This document shows positions 29,188-39,851 of a DNA stretch of 64,000 bases, in pieces. Source of the DNA: Patescibacteria group bacterium. Lineage in GTDB: Bacteria > Patescibacteriota > Patescibacteriia > XYB2-FULL-38-15. A program made the position numbers and the translations under genes. Numbering within the stretch: the stretch's first letter is position 1; each line of letters begins with the position of its first letter. The notes below the pieces were generated by a model that was not told the DNA's origin, made no database searches, and saw nothing but the letters and a program-made list of their open reading frames with translations. The stretch spans positions 299,302 to 363,301 of the forward strand of contig JBAZJZ010000001.1 of the NCBI GenBank assembly GCA_041650995.1, in the 5' to 3' direction.

Positions 29188-29865
29188 TTATATTTTTCCT
29201 AAAATCATCAAAACGCCTAAAGCAAGCGCTCCTAATCCAAGAATTAACCTTAACCATTTCCTATTCTTGGTTCTCCACTCCTCAATCTGTTTCGCGGAAA
29301 TACCGAAATAAACTAAGCCCAAAATAATAAAAAGAGGCAAGACAAAAATAAAATTATAAAGCAATAAATATGGCACAGCGGAAAGTTGCGTTTCCCGGCT
29401 CGCGAGCAGTCCCAAAATCGCGAGATATACTCCACCAGTGCAAGGCAGTTCAAAAGCAGAAACTAAAAATCCGAGAGCTACGGCCGCGGGAATTGAAGCC
29501 TTGCGCACATATTTTTCAATCAATGGCTTTTTTGATTCCGGAATTGCCAGAGTAAAGCCTTTTCCATACCAAAAAAAATCTTTAACATTAATAAGCCCGA
29601 CAAAAATTAGAATCACGGCGGCAACTTTATACATAATCGCCGCGACGCCAAATGCTGTTAAGACTCTCAACAATCCCAGCCCAGCAAGAAAATAAACTAT
29701 AAAAATTGTGGCGATATAAACCAAGCCGACCCGTAAAATTAATTTTGACGAGCCTAATGCAAGAAGATAGCCCAATAAAAAAATTATTACGGCAAAAGCG
29801 CACGGATTGATTGAATCAATCGCCGCTCCGCCAATAAGCGCTGGGATGGTTAAATTATCAAACAT
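29188..29865 (-). CDS. ccdA: cytochrome c biogenesis / DsbD-like transmembrane electron transporter CcdA
   Basis: DSINPCAFAVIIFLL conserved Cys-containing TM1; six TM helices. Confidence 0.75.
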   Translation of the reverse strand: MFDNLTIPALIGGAAIDSINPCAFAVIIFLLGYLLALGSSKLILRVGLVYIATIFIVYFLAGLGLLRVLTAFGVAAIMYKVAAVILIFVGLINVKDFFWYGKGFTLAIPESKKPLIEKYVRKASIPAAVALGFLVSAFELPCTGGVYLAILGLLASRETQLSAVPYLLLYNFIFVLPLFIILGLVYFGISAKQIEEWRTKNRKWLRLILGLGALALGVLMILGKI

Positions 29866-30391
29866 TATTTTTTATCTTAATAATAAAAAATGTAAATATA
29901 ATGCCAAACGTTACAATTACGACAATTACTATCCATCCGACAATTTCGTTTTGGTTATTATTATTCCTCGGCTGGTTGGCATTTAAAGCCGAGTTAACAT
30001 TGTTTTCCGCGGCGGCAAGTTTATCAGCTGGCGACAAGCAAGGTTCAAGAGAACATCTCTCCATGGCGCTTTTTAATTTTTCATAATTTTCACCAATTAT
30101 TGCTTCATTGCCAATAAAAATAGCGGGCACACCATTGGAGGAGATTTTGTAGGCCGTGGCCATCTTTTCAAATAAATCTTGATTTTCTCGATTAAAATAA
30201 ACTTCAAAATCTTTCACAACAAGATTTGGATAGTCAGTTTTTAAACCCTCCAAAAAACTTTTCATCTTGGCGCAGTGCTGACAGCCTTGGCCTTCAAAAA
30301 AATACAATTCTATGGAATTTGCCGCCGATCCAACTGTTGGTAAAACTAAAATTAAGAGAAAAACAATAAAAATAATCTTTTTCATATTCAT
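29858..30391 (-). CDS. secreted thioredoxin-family protein (CxxC)
   Basis: FEGQGCQHCAKMK; signal peptide. Confidence 0.7.
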   Translation of the reverse strand: MNMKKIIFIVFLLILVLPTVGSAANSIELYFFEGQGCQHCAKMKSFLEGLKTDYPNLVVKDFEVYFNRENQDLFEKMATAYKISSNGVPAIFIGNEAIIGENYEKLKSAMERCSLEPCLSPADKLAAAENNVNSALNANQPRNNNNQNEIVGWIVIVVIVTFGIIFTFFIIKIKNNV

Positions 30392-30500
30392 CTATTTTAT
30401 AATAAAAAACTGACTCAGTCAAACTTCCCAATCTTTTTAGTCCGCTATAATTAAAATAGCCCGCCGACTTGGCGAGCCATTTTTGTAAATCTACCAAAAA

Positions 30501-31406
30501 TTACTTTCTTTTTCTTTCGGCCAATTCCTGCCAAACGACAAGCGCGGGGCTCGCGATGAAAATCGAGGAATAAGCGCCGAGGCCAATGCCGACAATCAAA
30601 GCCAGGGCGAAATATTTTACCGACTCCCCTCCCCAAAAGAAGATTGCCACGAGCGCGAGCAGGGTTGTCAATGTCGTGTTGATGGAACGCGCGAAAGTTT
30701 GATTCACGCTTTCATTCACAATTTTATCAAAGTTTTCATAATCTCCGCCGGCGTGAATTAAATTTTCTCGCACGCGGTCAAAAACCACTATCGTATCATT
30801 TACGGAGTAACCAACAATAGTTAAAATTGCCGCTACAAAAGCACTATTCACCTCCACTCCGGCAAAATGCCCAAGCACGGCAAAAAGACCAATCGGAATA
30901 CCCACGTCGTGAAGCAACGCAAAGACGGCTATCACGCCATACTTCCAGGAAGCGACCGGTTTTGAAACTTTTCTAAAAGCCCAGGCAATATAAAGAATTA
31001 TACAAATCAAAACAATCAAGATTGAGTACGTCGCTTTTGTCCGCAACTCCTTGCCAATCGTCGGTCCGATAGATTCAAATCTTTTTTCCTCTACTTCACC
31101 AAATTTTTCTCCGAGATGTTTTAAAATTTCTTGATGCCGAGCTTCATCAACTGACTTAAAACGTAAAAGCATGCCGTCTTCCCCTACCGACTGAATACTA
31201 ACATTCTCCGCGCCAAAACTCGCAAGGTCAGAGGCTAAATCCGCGGTTGCCGGACGATTTACAAAAGACAATTCCAAAAGCGAACCGCCAGTAAAATCAA
31301 TGCCAAATTTTAATCCCCAAATTGAAATAACCACAATGCTCGCCACGATTAGCGTGCCAGCAACAAGAAGCCATATTTTTCTGTGTCCAATTACGTTGAG
31401 TTTCAT
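30501..31406 (-). CDS. secF: protein translocase subunit SecF
   Basis: SecF TM bundle; directly downstream of secD. Confidence 0.85.
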   Translation of the reverse strand: MKLNVIGHRKIWLLVAGTLIVASIVVISIWGLKFGIDFTGGSLLELSFVNRPATADLASDLASFGAENVSIQSVGEDGMLLRFKSVDEARHQEILKHLGEKFGEVEEKRFESIGPTIGKELRTKATYSILIVLICIILYIAWAFRKVSKPVASWKYGVIAVFALLHDVGIPIGLFAVLGHFAGVEVNSAFVAAILTIVGYSVNDTIVVFDRVRENLIHAGGDYENFDKIVNESVNQTFARSINTTLTTLLALVAIFFWGGESVKYFALALIVGIGLGAYSSIFIASPALVVWQELAERKRK

Positions 31407-31440
31407 ATTTGCGTAAGTAGATTAAATGCGTAGTAAATTT

Positions 31441-33498
31441 TTATTTTTTCTTGACCCCAAATATCCATGTTCCATGAAACCACGGCGCGATAAAGTTCAA
31501 AAAAGATCGCGTGATAAAGATGGCCGAAAATAAACTCATAATAACACCGACTGAAAGCGTCAAGGCAAATCCTTTAATCATGCTCGTGGAAAACCAAAAT
31601 AAAACAAAACAGGAAATTAAAGTGGTAATATTGCCATCACGAATTGAGGGCCAAGCGCGTATGAATCCTTCATTAATCGCCGAGCCGAGCGGTTTTCCTA
31701 ACCGCAATTCTTCTTTCATTCTTTCGAAAATCAAAACATTTGCGTCAACGGCCATGCCGACCGATAAGACAAACCCCGCGATGCCAGCCAAAGTCAATGT
31801 GACGGGGATCAATTTGAAAAGCGCGAGAACAAGCACGGCGTAAAAAATTAAAGATAGGGCCGACAAAAATCCGGGCAAACGATAATACAAAATCATAAAA
31901 ACAATCACGGCTAAAAATCCGATTAAACCGGCAATTAAACTTTTTGTCACTGATTCTTGGCCCAGGGCCGCGCCAATTGTTTCCTGACTGATTAGATTGA
32001 TCGGGACCGGAAGAGCGCCAGCATTCAACCGTTGTGCCAAAATTTTTGCTTCGGGAATTGTAAAGCTTCCGCTGATAATCGCGCTGCCATCTTTAATCGG
32101 TTCCTGAACGGTTGGAACGCTAATTGGTTCGCCATCCAAGAAAATCGCAACAAGCTTGCCAACATTTCTTTCCGTAATTTCACCAAATAATTCTTTCCCT
32201 TCGTCATTGAATTCCAAACCTACCTGCGGAGCGCTAGTATTCGGGTCAAACTGAACTTGAGCGCGCACTAATTGTTTTCCGGTAAGCCCGGTATAAATCC
32301 ATTCTTCTGATGGAGGCACAACTTCTGATGAAGTTTTTTTATCAATCAAAATTCTCGAGACGCGATATTCTTTTACCGCCCGTTCATCGGTTTTATAAAT
32401 TAAGTGATAGCCGAATTGTGTTTCAATCACATCGGAAATTTCTCCAACTTTCATGGCAAAAGTCGCTTCTTCAAACGGCTTTACCATCATGTCTTTTCCA
32501 AACCAACCCAAATCTCCGCCGGATTCCGAAGCGCCCGGTTCGCTTGAGTTCGCCTTAACTAAATCTATAAAATTAGCGGCTGTCGCTTCTGTTTTTAATT
32601 CATCAATTTTTTTCTTAGCGTCTTCTTTTGATAAATTTCCCGTGCAACTTTGCGCTCCTTCCCAACAGATCAAGAGATGATTGGCTTTTACTTCCTTTGA
32701 ATCCTGCACGGCAACCAATTTTATGATGCCGATATATTCATCAGTTTCAATCAAACCGCTAACTCCTCCAACTTTTAATTTTGCCGCGTCATCATACCAA
32801 TCCGCATAAACACCATCTTTTGTAATAAAGCCCAAATCGCCTCCAACGCTCTTTGTCGCTTCATCAGTGGAATACTCCTCCACTAGGGTAGCAAAATCCG
32901 CGCCCTTTGCCCGGGCTTTTTTCAAAGCTTCATTTGCCGTTTTTTTTGCCGTGGAATTATAATCATTCATTTCTTTTTTCTGTTCATCAGTTAAAATTTG
33001 CGCTGTTCCAATGTCTGGATTTTGCTCTTTAAATTCCAAAAGCGGCGTTTCGCCGATCATTTTAATGGCCTCTGACACATCTTTTATTCCAGCCAATTCA
33101 ACAATAATACGCTGACTGTCTCCAGCACTCGTTGTCTGGACAACCGGCTCGGCCACGCCAAACGCGTTCACGCGGCGTTCAATCACGTCTCTCGCACCTT
33201 CAAGCGCGTCGTCGCGGTCTTTATCTGGAATTGCCGAAGTGTCGGCTTCGTAAATCAAATGTGTTCCGCCTTGTAAATCCAACCCGAGGCGAAATGGTAA
33301 TTTATAAAATTCCGGCAAAGCAATGCCAGTAGTTTTTCTAAGCCAATTCACGCCCTGATCATAATATTTTGGATAATCCAAAAATCCGGCCAAAACTGTA
33401 ATAGCTAAAATTAAAATGATAAGCCACCAAACTTTAGCTCTGGCGGTCGTAAATAACTTCTTTCCCGCGTTCGCGAAGAATCTTTTGATTTTGTTCAT
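31441..33498 (-). CDS. secD: protein translocase subunit SecD with two inserted parvulin-type PPIase domains
   Basis: SecD TM core and P1 head, plus two parvulin signatures: GGDLGFITKDG... and GGDLGWFGKDMMVKPFEEATFAMKVGEISDVIETQFGYHLIYK. Confidence 0.85.
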   Translation of the reverse strand: MNKIKRFFANAGKKLFTTARAKVWWLIILILAITVLAGFLDYPKYYDQGVNWLRKTTGIALPEFYKLPFRLGLDLQGGTHLIYEADTSAIPDKDRDDALEGARDVIERRVNAFGVAEPVVQTTSAGDSQRIIVELAGIKDVSEAIKMIGETPLLEFKEQNPDIGTAQILTDEQKKEMNDYNSTAKKTANEALKKARAKGADFATLVEEYSTDEATKSVGGDLGFITKDGVYADWYDDAAKLKVGGVSGLIETDEYIGIIKLVAVQDSKEVKANHLLICWEGAQSCTGNLSKEDAKKKIDELKTEATAANFIDLVKANSSEPGASESGGDLGWFGKDMMVKPFEEATFAMKVGEISDVIETQFGYHLIYKTDERAVKEYRVSRILIDKKTSSEVVPPSEEWIYTGLTGKQLVRAQVQFDPNTSAPQVGLEFNDEGKELFGEITERNVGKLVAIFLDGEPISVPTVQEPIKDGSAIISGSFTIPEAKILAQRLNAGALPVPINLISQETIGAALGQESVTKSLIAGLIGFLAVIVFMILYYRLPGFLSALSLIFYAVLVLALFKLIPVTLTLAGIAGFVLSVGMAVDANVLIFERMKEELRLGKPLGSAINEGFIRAWPSIRDGNITTLISCFVLFWFSTSMIKGFALTLSVGVIMSLFSAIFITRSFLNFIAPWFHGTWIFGVKKK

Positions 33499-33583
33499 AG
33501 ATTAAAAAAATTATCCTCCTTGTGGATATTTTATGAGTTTAGCGCAAGTTGATTGAAGTGTAAAGGATCGCTGGCGTGAAAGG

Positions 33584-33997
33584 TTAGTAAAATATTTCAA
33601 AACCCTTAGCCTCGGCCTCACCTGCTCTTTGGGGATTATGAAATCTGGAAAACTTAACTTCACCATTGCGCATAATCATCCATCGGTTCCACCCTCCATT
33701 CCCGTAAACAGAATAAACTGCATTTCCCGATTCTTCGGGTTCCTTTCCTTCGCTTCTCAATTCCTCGTCAAACGCGGCCAATCTTTTTAAATGTTCAATC
33801 GCGCCGCGAGTCGTGTAATCTGTCTTTTTACTATTTTGATCCTTATTAAACCAAGCCTCGCCTTCCACCTCGGCCATAGCGCGAATAGTTTCTTCGTAGT
33901 TTGTTAGAAGATTAAATTTTGCTGGCCGTTCTCTTTCTTCAATTTTTCCTTCTGATAATTTTTCTGGCATATTTATTTTATTTATTTCCCGCAACAC
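33584..33997 (-). CDS. hypothetical protein
   Basis: ORF track. Confidence 0.45.
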   Translation of the reverse strand: MLREINKINMPEKLSEGKIEERERPAKFNLLTNYEETIRAMAEVEGEAWFNKDQNSKKTDYTTRGAIEHLKRLAAFDEELRSEGKEPEESGNAVYSVYGNGGWNRWMIMRNGEVKFSRFHNPQRAGEAEAKGFEIFY

Positions 33998-33999
33998 TT

Positions 34000-34308
34000 T
34001 TAACTTCTTAATATCGCCCCAAGGGAAATGATTTCCATTTTATCGTAGCCACTCAATTCTTGAATTATTTCTTCCGTAAGTTCGTCGAAAAATTTATATT
34101 TGATCTTCAGTTCATTAATACCGCCTGTTATTTTCTTGACTGACATGATCCTTACTTCTAGACCCCACTCTGTTTTTAAAATATCTCCTTCCTTGAACTT
34201 TTCATATTCGTTGCTAACTCGAATTGTATAAACAATCTTTCCGTTATTAAGTCTGGATTTAATACTATCCCATTCATTTTTGGGAAAACTTATTATGTTC
34301 ATACACAA
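34000..34308 (-). CDS. hypothetical protein
   Basis: ORF track. Confidence 0.4.
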   Translation of the reverse strand: MCMNIISFPKNEWDSIKSRLNNGKIVYTIRVSNEYEKFKEGDILKTEWGLEVRIMSVKKITGGINELKIKYKFFDELTEEIIQELSGYDKMEIISLGAILRS

Positions 34309-37020
34309 TTATCTCCCGCAACACTTTTTGTATTTCTGCCCGCTGCCGCAGGGACACGGATCGTTTCTCCCGATTTTTTCTCCCTCAGCCGTGCGAGGTT
34401 TGGCTTTGATGTCGGCCGGCGCATTGCGACTGTCGCCTTCTTTTGCCGGCGCGGATAATTTTATACCCTGGCGTTGCATCAAAGATGGCGCAGTTTTTGT
34501 TTCCAAGCCAACTTTATAAACATTATAAACAACTTCTCTGTTTATAAAATGCATCAACTCCTGGAACATTCTATATGTTTCTTTTTTGTATTCAACAAGC
34601 GGATCGTGTTGGCCATAGCCGCGGAGGCCAATGCCAGTACGTAAATAATCAACCGCGCTCAAATGATCAACCCAAAGAGAATCAATCGCCCGAAGTGTCA
34701 TGGCACGTTCAATCTGGCGCATAATTTTTTCTCCGTCCTGATTTATTTTCGCCGCCTGCTCGGCAATACGTTTTTCCAAATCTTCATAAGCCTTTCGCGC
34801 GAGTTCCATTAAATACTCAATAATGCGAGTGCGAACCGCAGCGTCGTGCATTTTGTCACCAGCCCATCTCTTAATATCGTCCATTTTGATGCGCGCTTCC
34901 GGCGGCATCGGGAAAATCGTGCTGACAACTTCATAAATTTCTTCCAAATTCCATTCCCCTTCTTGTTCTGACGCAGTATGAAATAAAACAACTTGTTCAA
35001 TTTCATCTTCAACCATTTCCAAAACTTTGGTCTTGCTATCTTCGGCCGCCAAAATATCCCGCCGTTTTTTATAAACTACTTCACGATGCTTATTTAAAAC
35101 ATCGTCGTAATCAAGTAAATGTTTTCTAATATCAAAATTACGGCCTTCCACGCGGCGCTGCGCTGACTCAAGAGAGCGGGAAACCATTTTATTTTCAATC
35201 GGCATATCTTCCGGCATATTGAGCCGTGTCATCAAACCTTTCAGCCGATCGCCGGCAAAAATTCTCATCAAATCATCTTCAAGCGAAAGATAAAATTGCG
35301 ACGAACCGGGATCGCCCTGACGTCCGGCACGGCCGCGCAACTGATTATCAATTCGACGGGATTCGTGCCGCTCGGTGCCAAGAATGTGGAGGCCGCCCAA
35401 TTCGCGAACTTTTTTTGCTTCTTCCGGATCGGCCGGGTTTCCACCTAAAATAATATCCACGCCGCGGCCAGCCATGTTTGTCGCGACAGTCACAGCGCCT
35501 TGCCGCCCGGCCTGAGCAATAATTTCCGCTTCTTTTTCATGATGTTTAGCATTCAAAACCTGATGCTTCACACCTTCGCGTTCCAACATTTGGCTTAAAA
35601 TTTCATTTTTTTCAATGGAAATTGTGCCAACCAAAACCGGCTGTCCTTTTTCATAGCGCTCTTTTATTTCCCGAACCACGGCTGTAAATTTTCCTTGCTC
35701 TGTCCGATAAATTCTGTCGGCCAAGTCTCCGCGGATCATTGGCTTGTTGGTCGGAACAGAAACTACTTCCAACTTATAAATTTTGGAAAATTCTTCCGCT
35801 TCGGTTAAGGCAGTACCGGTCATACCGGCCAATTTTTTGTAAAGCCTAAATAAATTTTGAAAAGTAACCGTGGCTAAAGTTTTTGATTCTTCGCGAACGC
35901 GCACGCCTTCTTTGGCTTCAATCGCCTGATGTAAACCTTCGCTATATCGCCGGCCAATCATAAGGCGTCCGGTAAATTCATCAACAATTATTACTTCTCC
36001 CTCGCGCACGACATAATCTCTGTCGCGCTTAAATAAAGTTTCGGCGCGCAAAGCCTGTTCAATGTGATGAACCATGGTAATTCCGCCGGCCGTATAAATA
36101 TTTTCCACGCCGAGCCATTTTTCCATTTTGGCAATGCCCGCTTCGGTCAATGTCGCTGCGCGCATTTTTTCATCAATATTATAATCTTCCTTTTCTTTCA
36201 AACCGCGCACAAGATTGGCAAATTTAGCGTAAAGATCTCCCGACTCCTCTGCCGGCGCGGAAATAATCAAAGGAGTCCGGGCTTCATCAATCAAGATACT
36301 GTCAACTTCATCAATAATCGCGTAATTCAATTCCCGCTGTACCATATTCTCCAAACTCGTCACCATGTTGTCGCGCAAATAATCAAAGCCAAACTCATTA
36401 TTTGTGCCATACAAAATATCCGCGGCATAAGCTTCTTTTCTTGAAACCGGTCGCAAAAATTCTTGGACAACCTTAAAGCTGGCTTCCTGGCCGCTCTCTT
36501 CCGCCGTGGCTTCACCTTTATATGTTGAGTCGTATAAAAACGCCGCGTCGTGCTGAATACAGCCGACGGATAAACCCAGGGCGCCATAAACTTGCCCCAT
36601 CCAAACCGCGTCTCTTTTTGCCAAATAATCATTAACTGTAACAACGTGCACGCCGCCGCCCGTAAGCGCATTCAAGTATACCGCCAGAGTAGCGGTCAAA
36701 GTTTTTCCTTCACCGGTTTTCATTTCAGAAATTTGTCCGCGATGCAAAACCACGCCGCCGATTAACTGAGCGTCAAAATGACGCTGACCCAAAACTCTCT
36801 TCGCTATCTCGCGAACTACGGCAAATGCTTCAGGTAAAATATCATCCAGGGTCTCATCTTTCCCGAGCCGCTCCTTAAAATCCGCCGTCATCTTTCTCAA
36901 TTCTTCAAAAGAAAACGACTCGAATTTAGATTCGAGTTCGTTTATTTGCCGGATAATCGGCATTATTTTTTCTATTGTTTTTTTATTTGGATCACCAAAA
37001 ATCTTTTGAAGTAATGGCAT
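34309..37020 (-). CDS. secA: preprotein translocase ATPase SecA
   Basis: DEAD-like motor motifs, preprotein cross-linking domain, C-terminal zinc finger [14 protein letters not shown]. Confidence 0.95.
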   Translation of the reverse strand: MPLLQKIFGDPNKKTIEKIMPIIRQINELESKFESFSFEELRKMTADFKERLGKDETLDDILPEAFAVVREIAKRVLGQRHFDAQLIGGVVLHRGQISEMKTGEGKTLTATLAVYLNALTGGGVHVVTVNDYLAKRDAVWMGQVYGALGLSVGCIQHDAAFLYDSTYKGEATAEESGQEASFKVVQEFLRPVSRKEAYAADILYGTNNEFGFDYLRDNMVTSLENMVQRELNYAIIDEVDSILIDEARTPLIISAPAEESGDLYAKFANLVRGLKEKEDYNIDEKMRAATLTEAGIAKMEKWLGVENIYTAGGITMVHHIEQALRAETLFKRDRDYVVREGEVIIVDEFTGRLMIGRRYSEGLHQAIEAKEGVRVREESKTLATVTFQNLFRLYKKLAGMTGTALTEAEEFSKIYKLEVVSVPTNKPMIRGDLADRIYRTEQGKFTAVVREIKERYEKGQPVLVGTISIEKNEILSQMLEREGVKHQVLNAKHHEKEAEIIAQAGRQGAVTVATNMAGRGVDIILGGNPADPEEAKKVRELGGLHILGTERHESRRIDNQLRGRAGRQGDPGSSQFYLSLEDDLMRIFAGDRLKGLMTRLNMPEDMPIENKMVSRSLESAQRRVEGRNFDIRKHLLDYDDVLNKHREVVYKKRRDILAAEDSKTKVLEMVEDEIEQVVLFHTASEQEGEWNLEEIYEVVSTIFPMPPEARIKMDDIKRWAGDKMHDAAVRTRIIEYLMELARKAYEDLEKRIAEQAAKINQDGEKIMRQIERAMTLRAIDSLWVDHLSAVDYLRTGIGLRGYGQHDPLVEYKKETYRMFQELMHFINREVVYNVYKVGLETKTAPSLMQRQGIKLSAPAKEGDSRNAPADIKAKPRTAEGEKIGRNDPCPCGSGQKYKKCCGR

Positions 37021-37027
37021 AAAAAAA

Positions 37028-37570
37028 TTAAGGAACTAATACCGCCGCGGAAATCACCGTCGTCCACAAACCATTTTTGTCTGCCACGGCTGATTGCGTA
37101 ATATTTGTTGTTTTAACTATTTTTCCGCTGACTTTATAAATTTGTTCTCGCTCATCCCAAGCTCTATCCATATCAAATTCAACGCCAAGAGTTGAGGCAA
37201 GCATGGAGGCAGCTAAGTCTTCGGCGTAATCACCGGCTTTTTCTTCCGTTTCGCCAAATGAATGATGTTCGGAAAGATATCCATAATGCGAAGTATCAGC
37301 CGGAACAGCCAGACCGATTGAGGCGGCTAAAAGGCGGTTTGGCTCATTTGTTTCGTTACGGGCCATTACACAATAAACGATTTGTCCAGCCTTAAGTTCG
37401 GCCAGCCCATTGGCTTTTTGAACCATTTTGGCTCCCGGCGGAAAAATACTTGAAACACAAACAATGTTAAATTTTTCAATTCCCGCGTCACGAAGCGCGG
37501 CTTCAAATGATTGAAGTTTTTCTTTATGTTTACCAACTCCTTTGGTAAAAAAAACTTTACTTGGAACCAT
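37028..37570 (-). CDS. pdaD: pyruvoyl-dependent arginine decarboxylase
   Basis: [17 protein letters not shown] matches the PdaD self-cleavage site region (VNLIRISSIMPPEAEIV). Confidence 0.75.
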   Translation of the reverse strand: MVPSKVFFTKGVGKHKEKLQSFEAALRDAGIEKFNIVCVSSIFPPGAKMVQKANGLAELKAGQIVYCVMARNETNEPNRLLAASIGLAVPADTSHYGYLSEHHSFGETEEKAGDYAEDLAASMLASTLGVEFDMDRAWDEREQIYKVSGKIVKTTNITQSAVADKNGLWTTVISAAVLVP

Positions 37571-37599
37571 TTCTTTAAAATTATGAATTAATTAATAAA

Positions 37600-38028
37600 T
37601 TAAATTCCTTCTTCCCGTTCTCGTTTTCCTTTAATTTCTTCGTCTCTCGGTCGCACGCCTTTTGCTACAACCGTCATTCTCTTCGCCAACCGCCCTCCCC
37701 TTTTCACCTTCGCATCCCTGGCACCTTTATAAGATTTTATCTGCCTCTCCAATTCTTTTTTTATTTTAACAATTGCCTGGCGCAAATCTTTGTGTGTTTC
37801 TTCCGCCCGCAAAATTTTTCCTGGCAAACGGAGATCAGTTTCTGCAAGATAAACCATGCCTCCGGTTTTGTGGTGCTTCGTCGTCCGCGCTACTTCTACC
37901 CACGCCTCGGCCACGCCGTCGGCATCATAAGTCGGAATAAACTTTGCCAGGCCACCGATTTTTTCATCAACAAAAACACTGATGCTTTCTATCGGCTCTA
38001 GGTTCGTCCATTTTAAAGTAATTTTCAT
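37600..38028 (-). CDS. hpf: ribosome hibernation promoting factor (HPF/RaiA family)
   Basis: Beta-alpha-beta YfiA-like pattern with KELERQIKS terminal motif. Confidence 0.7.
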   Translation of the reverse strand: MKITLKWTNLEPIESISVFVDEKIGGLAKFIPTYDADGVAEAWVEVARTTKHHKTGGMVYLAETDLRLPGKILRAEETHKDLRQAIVKIKKELERQIKSYKGARDAKVKRGGRLAKRMTVVAKGVRPRDEEIKGKREREEGI

Positions 38029-38078
38029 AAAATAGCAATAAATTTATATTAAAGCATTATAACACTTTTCAATCATCA

Positions 38079-39068
38079 CTAAAATCCAACATACTCCACT
38101 TCTTCCTGCAATTGCACGCCAGTCTCGTCGCGGACTTTCATTTTTACCAAACTCGCGAGGGCAATGACATCAGCCGCCGTCGCGCTCCCCGCGTTCACAA
38201 TAAAATTGGCGTGCTTTTCGGAAATTTTCGCTCCACCGATCCGCTTTCCCTTTAAATCACATTGCTCAATAAACCAAGCAGCGGGAATTTTTCCTTTTTG
38301 AATGTAGTCGGTCGGCACATCTTCGTGCGTATGTTCTTTGATAATTTTTATAATCTCCTCCGTCACTTCCACATTTTTAAAAAAAGATCCGGCGCTTGCA
38401 TCAGTCGGAATTTTCCCGTCCCGCGCCGCGAAAATTTTATCCATCTCTTCTTTAATTTTATTTTTATCACCCGGAACTAATTTAAAAACCACTTTCAAAA
38501 CAATCCCTCCTTCTTTTTTAAAAATACTTTCCCGATAACCAAACTTGCAATCTTCTTTTTTATATTTTTCAACTTTCAATTTTTGATTTAACACTTCAAC
38601 TTCTTCTACCGCGTCACTCGTCGCCTTTCCATACGCTCCGGCATTTCCCCGCACCGCCCCGCCGACCATTCCCGGAATCCCCGCCGCCCATTCCAGTCCG
38701 CTCAAACCATTTTCCGCCGCCGCGTTTACAATTTCCGCGAGTTTCACTCCGGCCTCGACTTCAATTTTAGTGTCTTGTATTTTGTATTTTGTATTTTGTA
38801 TTTTAATTATTAAACCATCAAAACCTATATCCGCGAAAAGCACATTACTTCCGCCACTCAAAACAAAAATTTTCAAACCCAAATCTTTCGCCGCCTTTAC
38901 CGCTTTTACAATTTCCTCAGAATTTTTTGCGACAAAAAAATATCTGGCCGGTCCGCCGATTTTAAAAGTGCAGTGATTGGATAGGGGTTCATTTTCCAAA
39001 ACTTCCTCGCCCAATTTTTCCCGCAATTCTTTAATCATATTTCTAATAAAGTTTACCAAAAATAACAA
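38079..39068 (-). CDS. murB: UDP-N-acetylenolpyruvoylglucosamine reductase
   Basis: FAD-binding N-domain (FKIGGPARYF, SGGSNVLF) and MurB C-terminal domain. Confidence 0.85.
   Translation of the reverse strand: MLFLVNFIRNMIKELREKLGEEVLENEPLSNHCTFKIGGPARYFFVAKNSEEIVKAVKAAKDLGLKIFVLSGGSNVLFADIGFDGLIIKIQNTKYKIQDTKIEVEAGVKLAEIVNAAAENGLSGLEWAAGIPGMVGGAVRGNAGAYGKATSDAVEEVEVLNQKLKVEKYKKEDCKFGYRESIFKKEGGIVLKVVFKLVPGDKNKIKEEMDKIFAARDGKIPTDASAGSFFKNVEVTEEIIKIIKEHTHEDVPTDYIQKGKIPAAWFIEQCDLKGKRIGGAKISEKHANFIVNAGSATAADVIALASLVKMKVRDETGVQLQEEVEYVGF
38777..38804. repeat. (gtatttt)x4 heptanucleotide tandem repeat inside murB
   Basis: Read directly; encodes KIQNTKYKIQDTK in MurB. Confidence 0.8.
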
Positions 39069-39080
39069 GTAAATACAAGA

Positions 39081-39288
39081 CCATCATAACAGCCTAAAGG
39101 CTGTCAGTCCGTTATTGGGGAGTGACACCCTTTAGGGTGTTAATTAAGTCCTCACTAAAGTGAGGAGTCCGTTGAAATTGGAGTCCATTATAACAGCCTA
39201 AAGGCTGTCAGTCCGTTATTGGGGAGTGACACCCTTTAGGGTGTTAATTAAGTCCTCACTAAAGTGAGGAGTCCGTTGAAATTGGAGT
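39081..39288. repeat. 2 x 104-bp tandem duplication (1 mismatch), each unit carrying three short tetraloop hairpins
   Basis: cagccTAAAggctg, acacccTTTAgggtgt, cctcacTAAAgtgagg per unit; a fourth hairpin tcccgacTTTAgtcggga follows at 39290-39307. Confidence 0.85.
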
Positions 39289-39377
39289 CCCGACTTTAGT
39301 CGGGATTTTGTCTTAAATAAAAAAACCCGCACCAGCCGAACTCCAGATGAACCGGAATTGACCGATGCGGGCGTACT

Positions 39378-39803
39378 TCACTCCTTGTCTTCGCGTGGCT
39401 CGCTCTTCGGGAAGAAGGCGAGAATTTTCTTGAGCACCTCCCCTGCCTCTCGTCGGGATTCTTCGTACTGTCTGTCGCTCTGGTCCGGCTTTTTCTCGAG
39501 AACAAACTCACCGCAAGCGGGGCAAAGCCAGCCCACAATAATCGTCTGGACGCGAAAGAGAGGGATCCTCGTAGCCCTGTCCTTGGCCAGAGAGAATTCG
39601 AACATTCCCCCGCCGCATTCATGCGCCTTGTCGGACGGGTTCAGGTTGCAGCGAACGTTTTCTCTGCTTTCGTCGTCAACAGATCCCGCGTAGAGACGAC
39701 GACCGCGCCGAAGAGAAAGATCAGTGCGGCCGGTCAACATGAAGACCAGCCATGTGCTCCAAATACCCACCAAGGCGCCAACCACCAACGAGGTCATGTC
39801 CAT
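39378..39803 (-). CDS. GC-rich small membrane protein with CxxC pair (141 aa), probably horizontally acquired
   Basis: Visibly GC-richer than flanks; TM helix and CGGG...CPAC; own terminator and promoter-like motif. Confidence 0.5.
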   Translation of the reverse strand: MDMTSLVVGALVGIWSTWLVFMLTGRTDLSLRRGRRLYAGSVDDESRENVRCNLNPSDKAHECGGGMFEFSLAKDRATRIPLFRVQTIIVGWLCPACGEFVLEKKPDQSDRQYEESRREAGEVLKKILAFFPKSEPREDKE

Positions 39804-39851
39804 GGGTTTTTCTCTTTCTACCCGAATGCCAATCCACTAACTGACTTTATA

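Noticed and set aside
39081-39288. Possible CRISPR array (tandem repeats with hairpin-forming units); likewise the three 260-300 bp units at 54.6-56.3 kb
   Set aside because: Only 2-3 copies, units of 104 bp or ~270 bp rather than 25-40 bp repeats with unique spacers, and no cas genes in the window.
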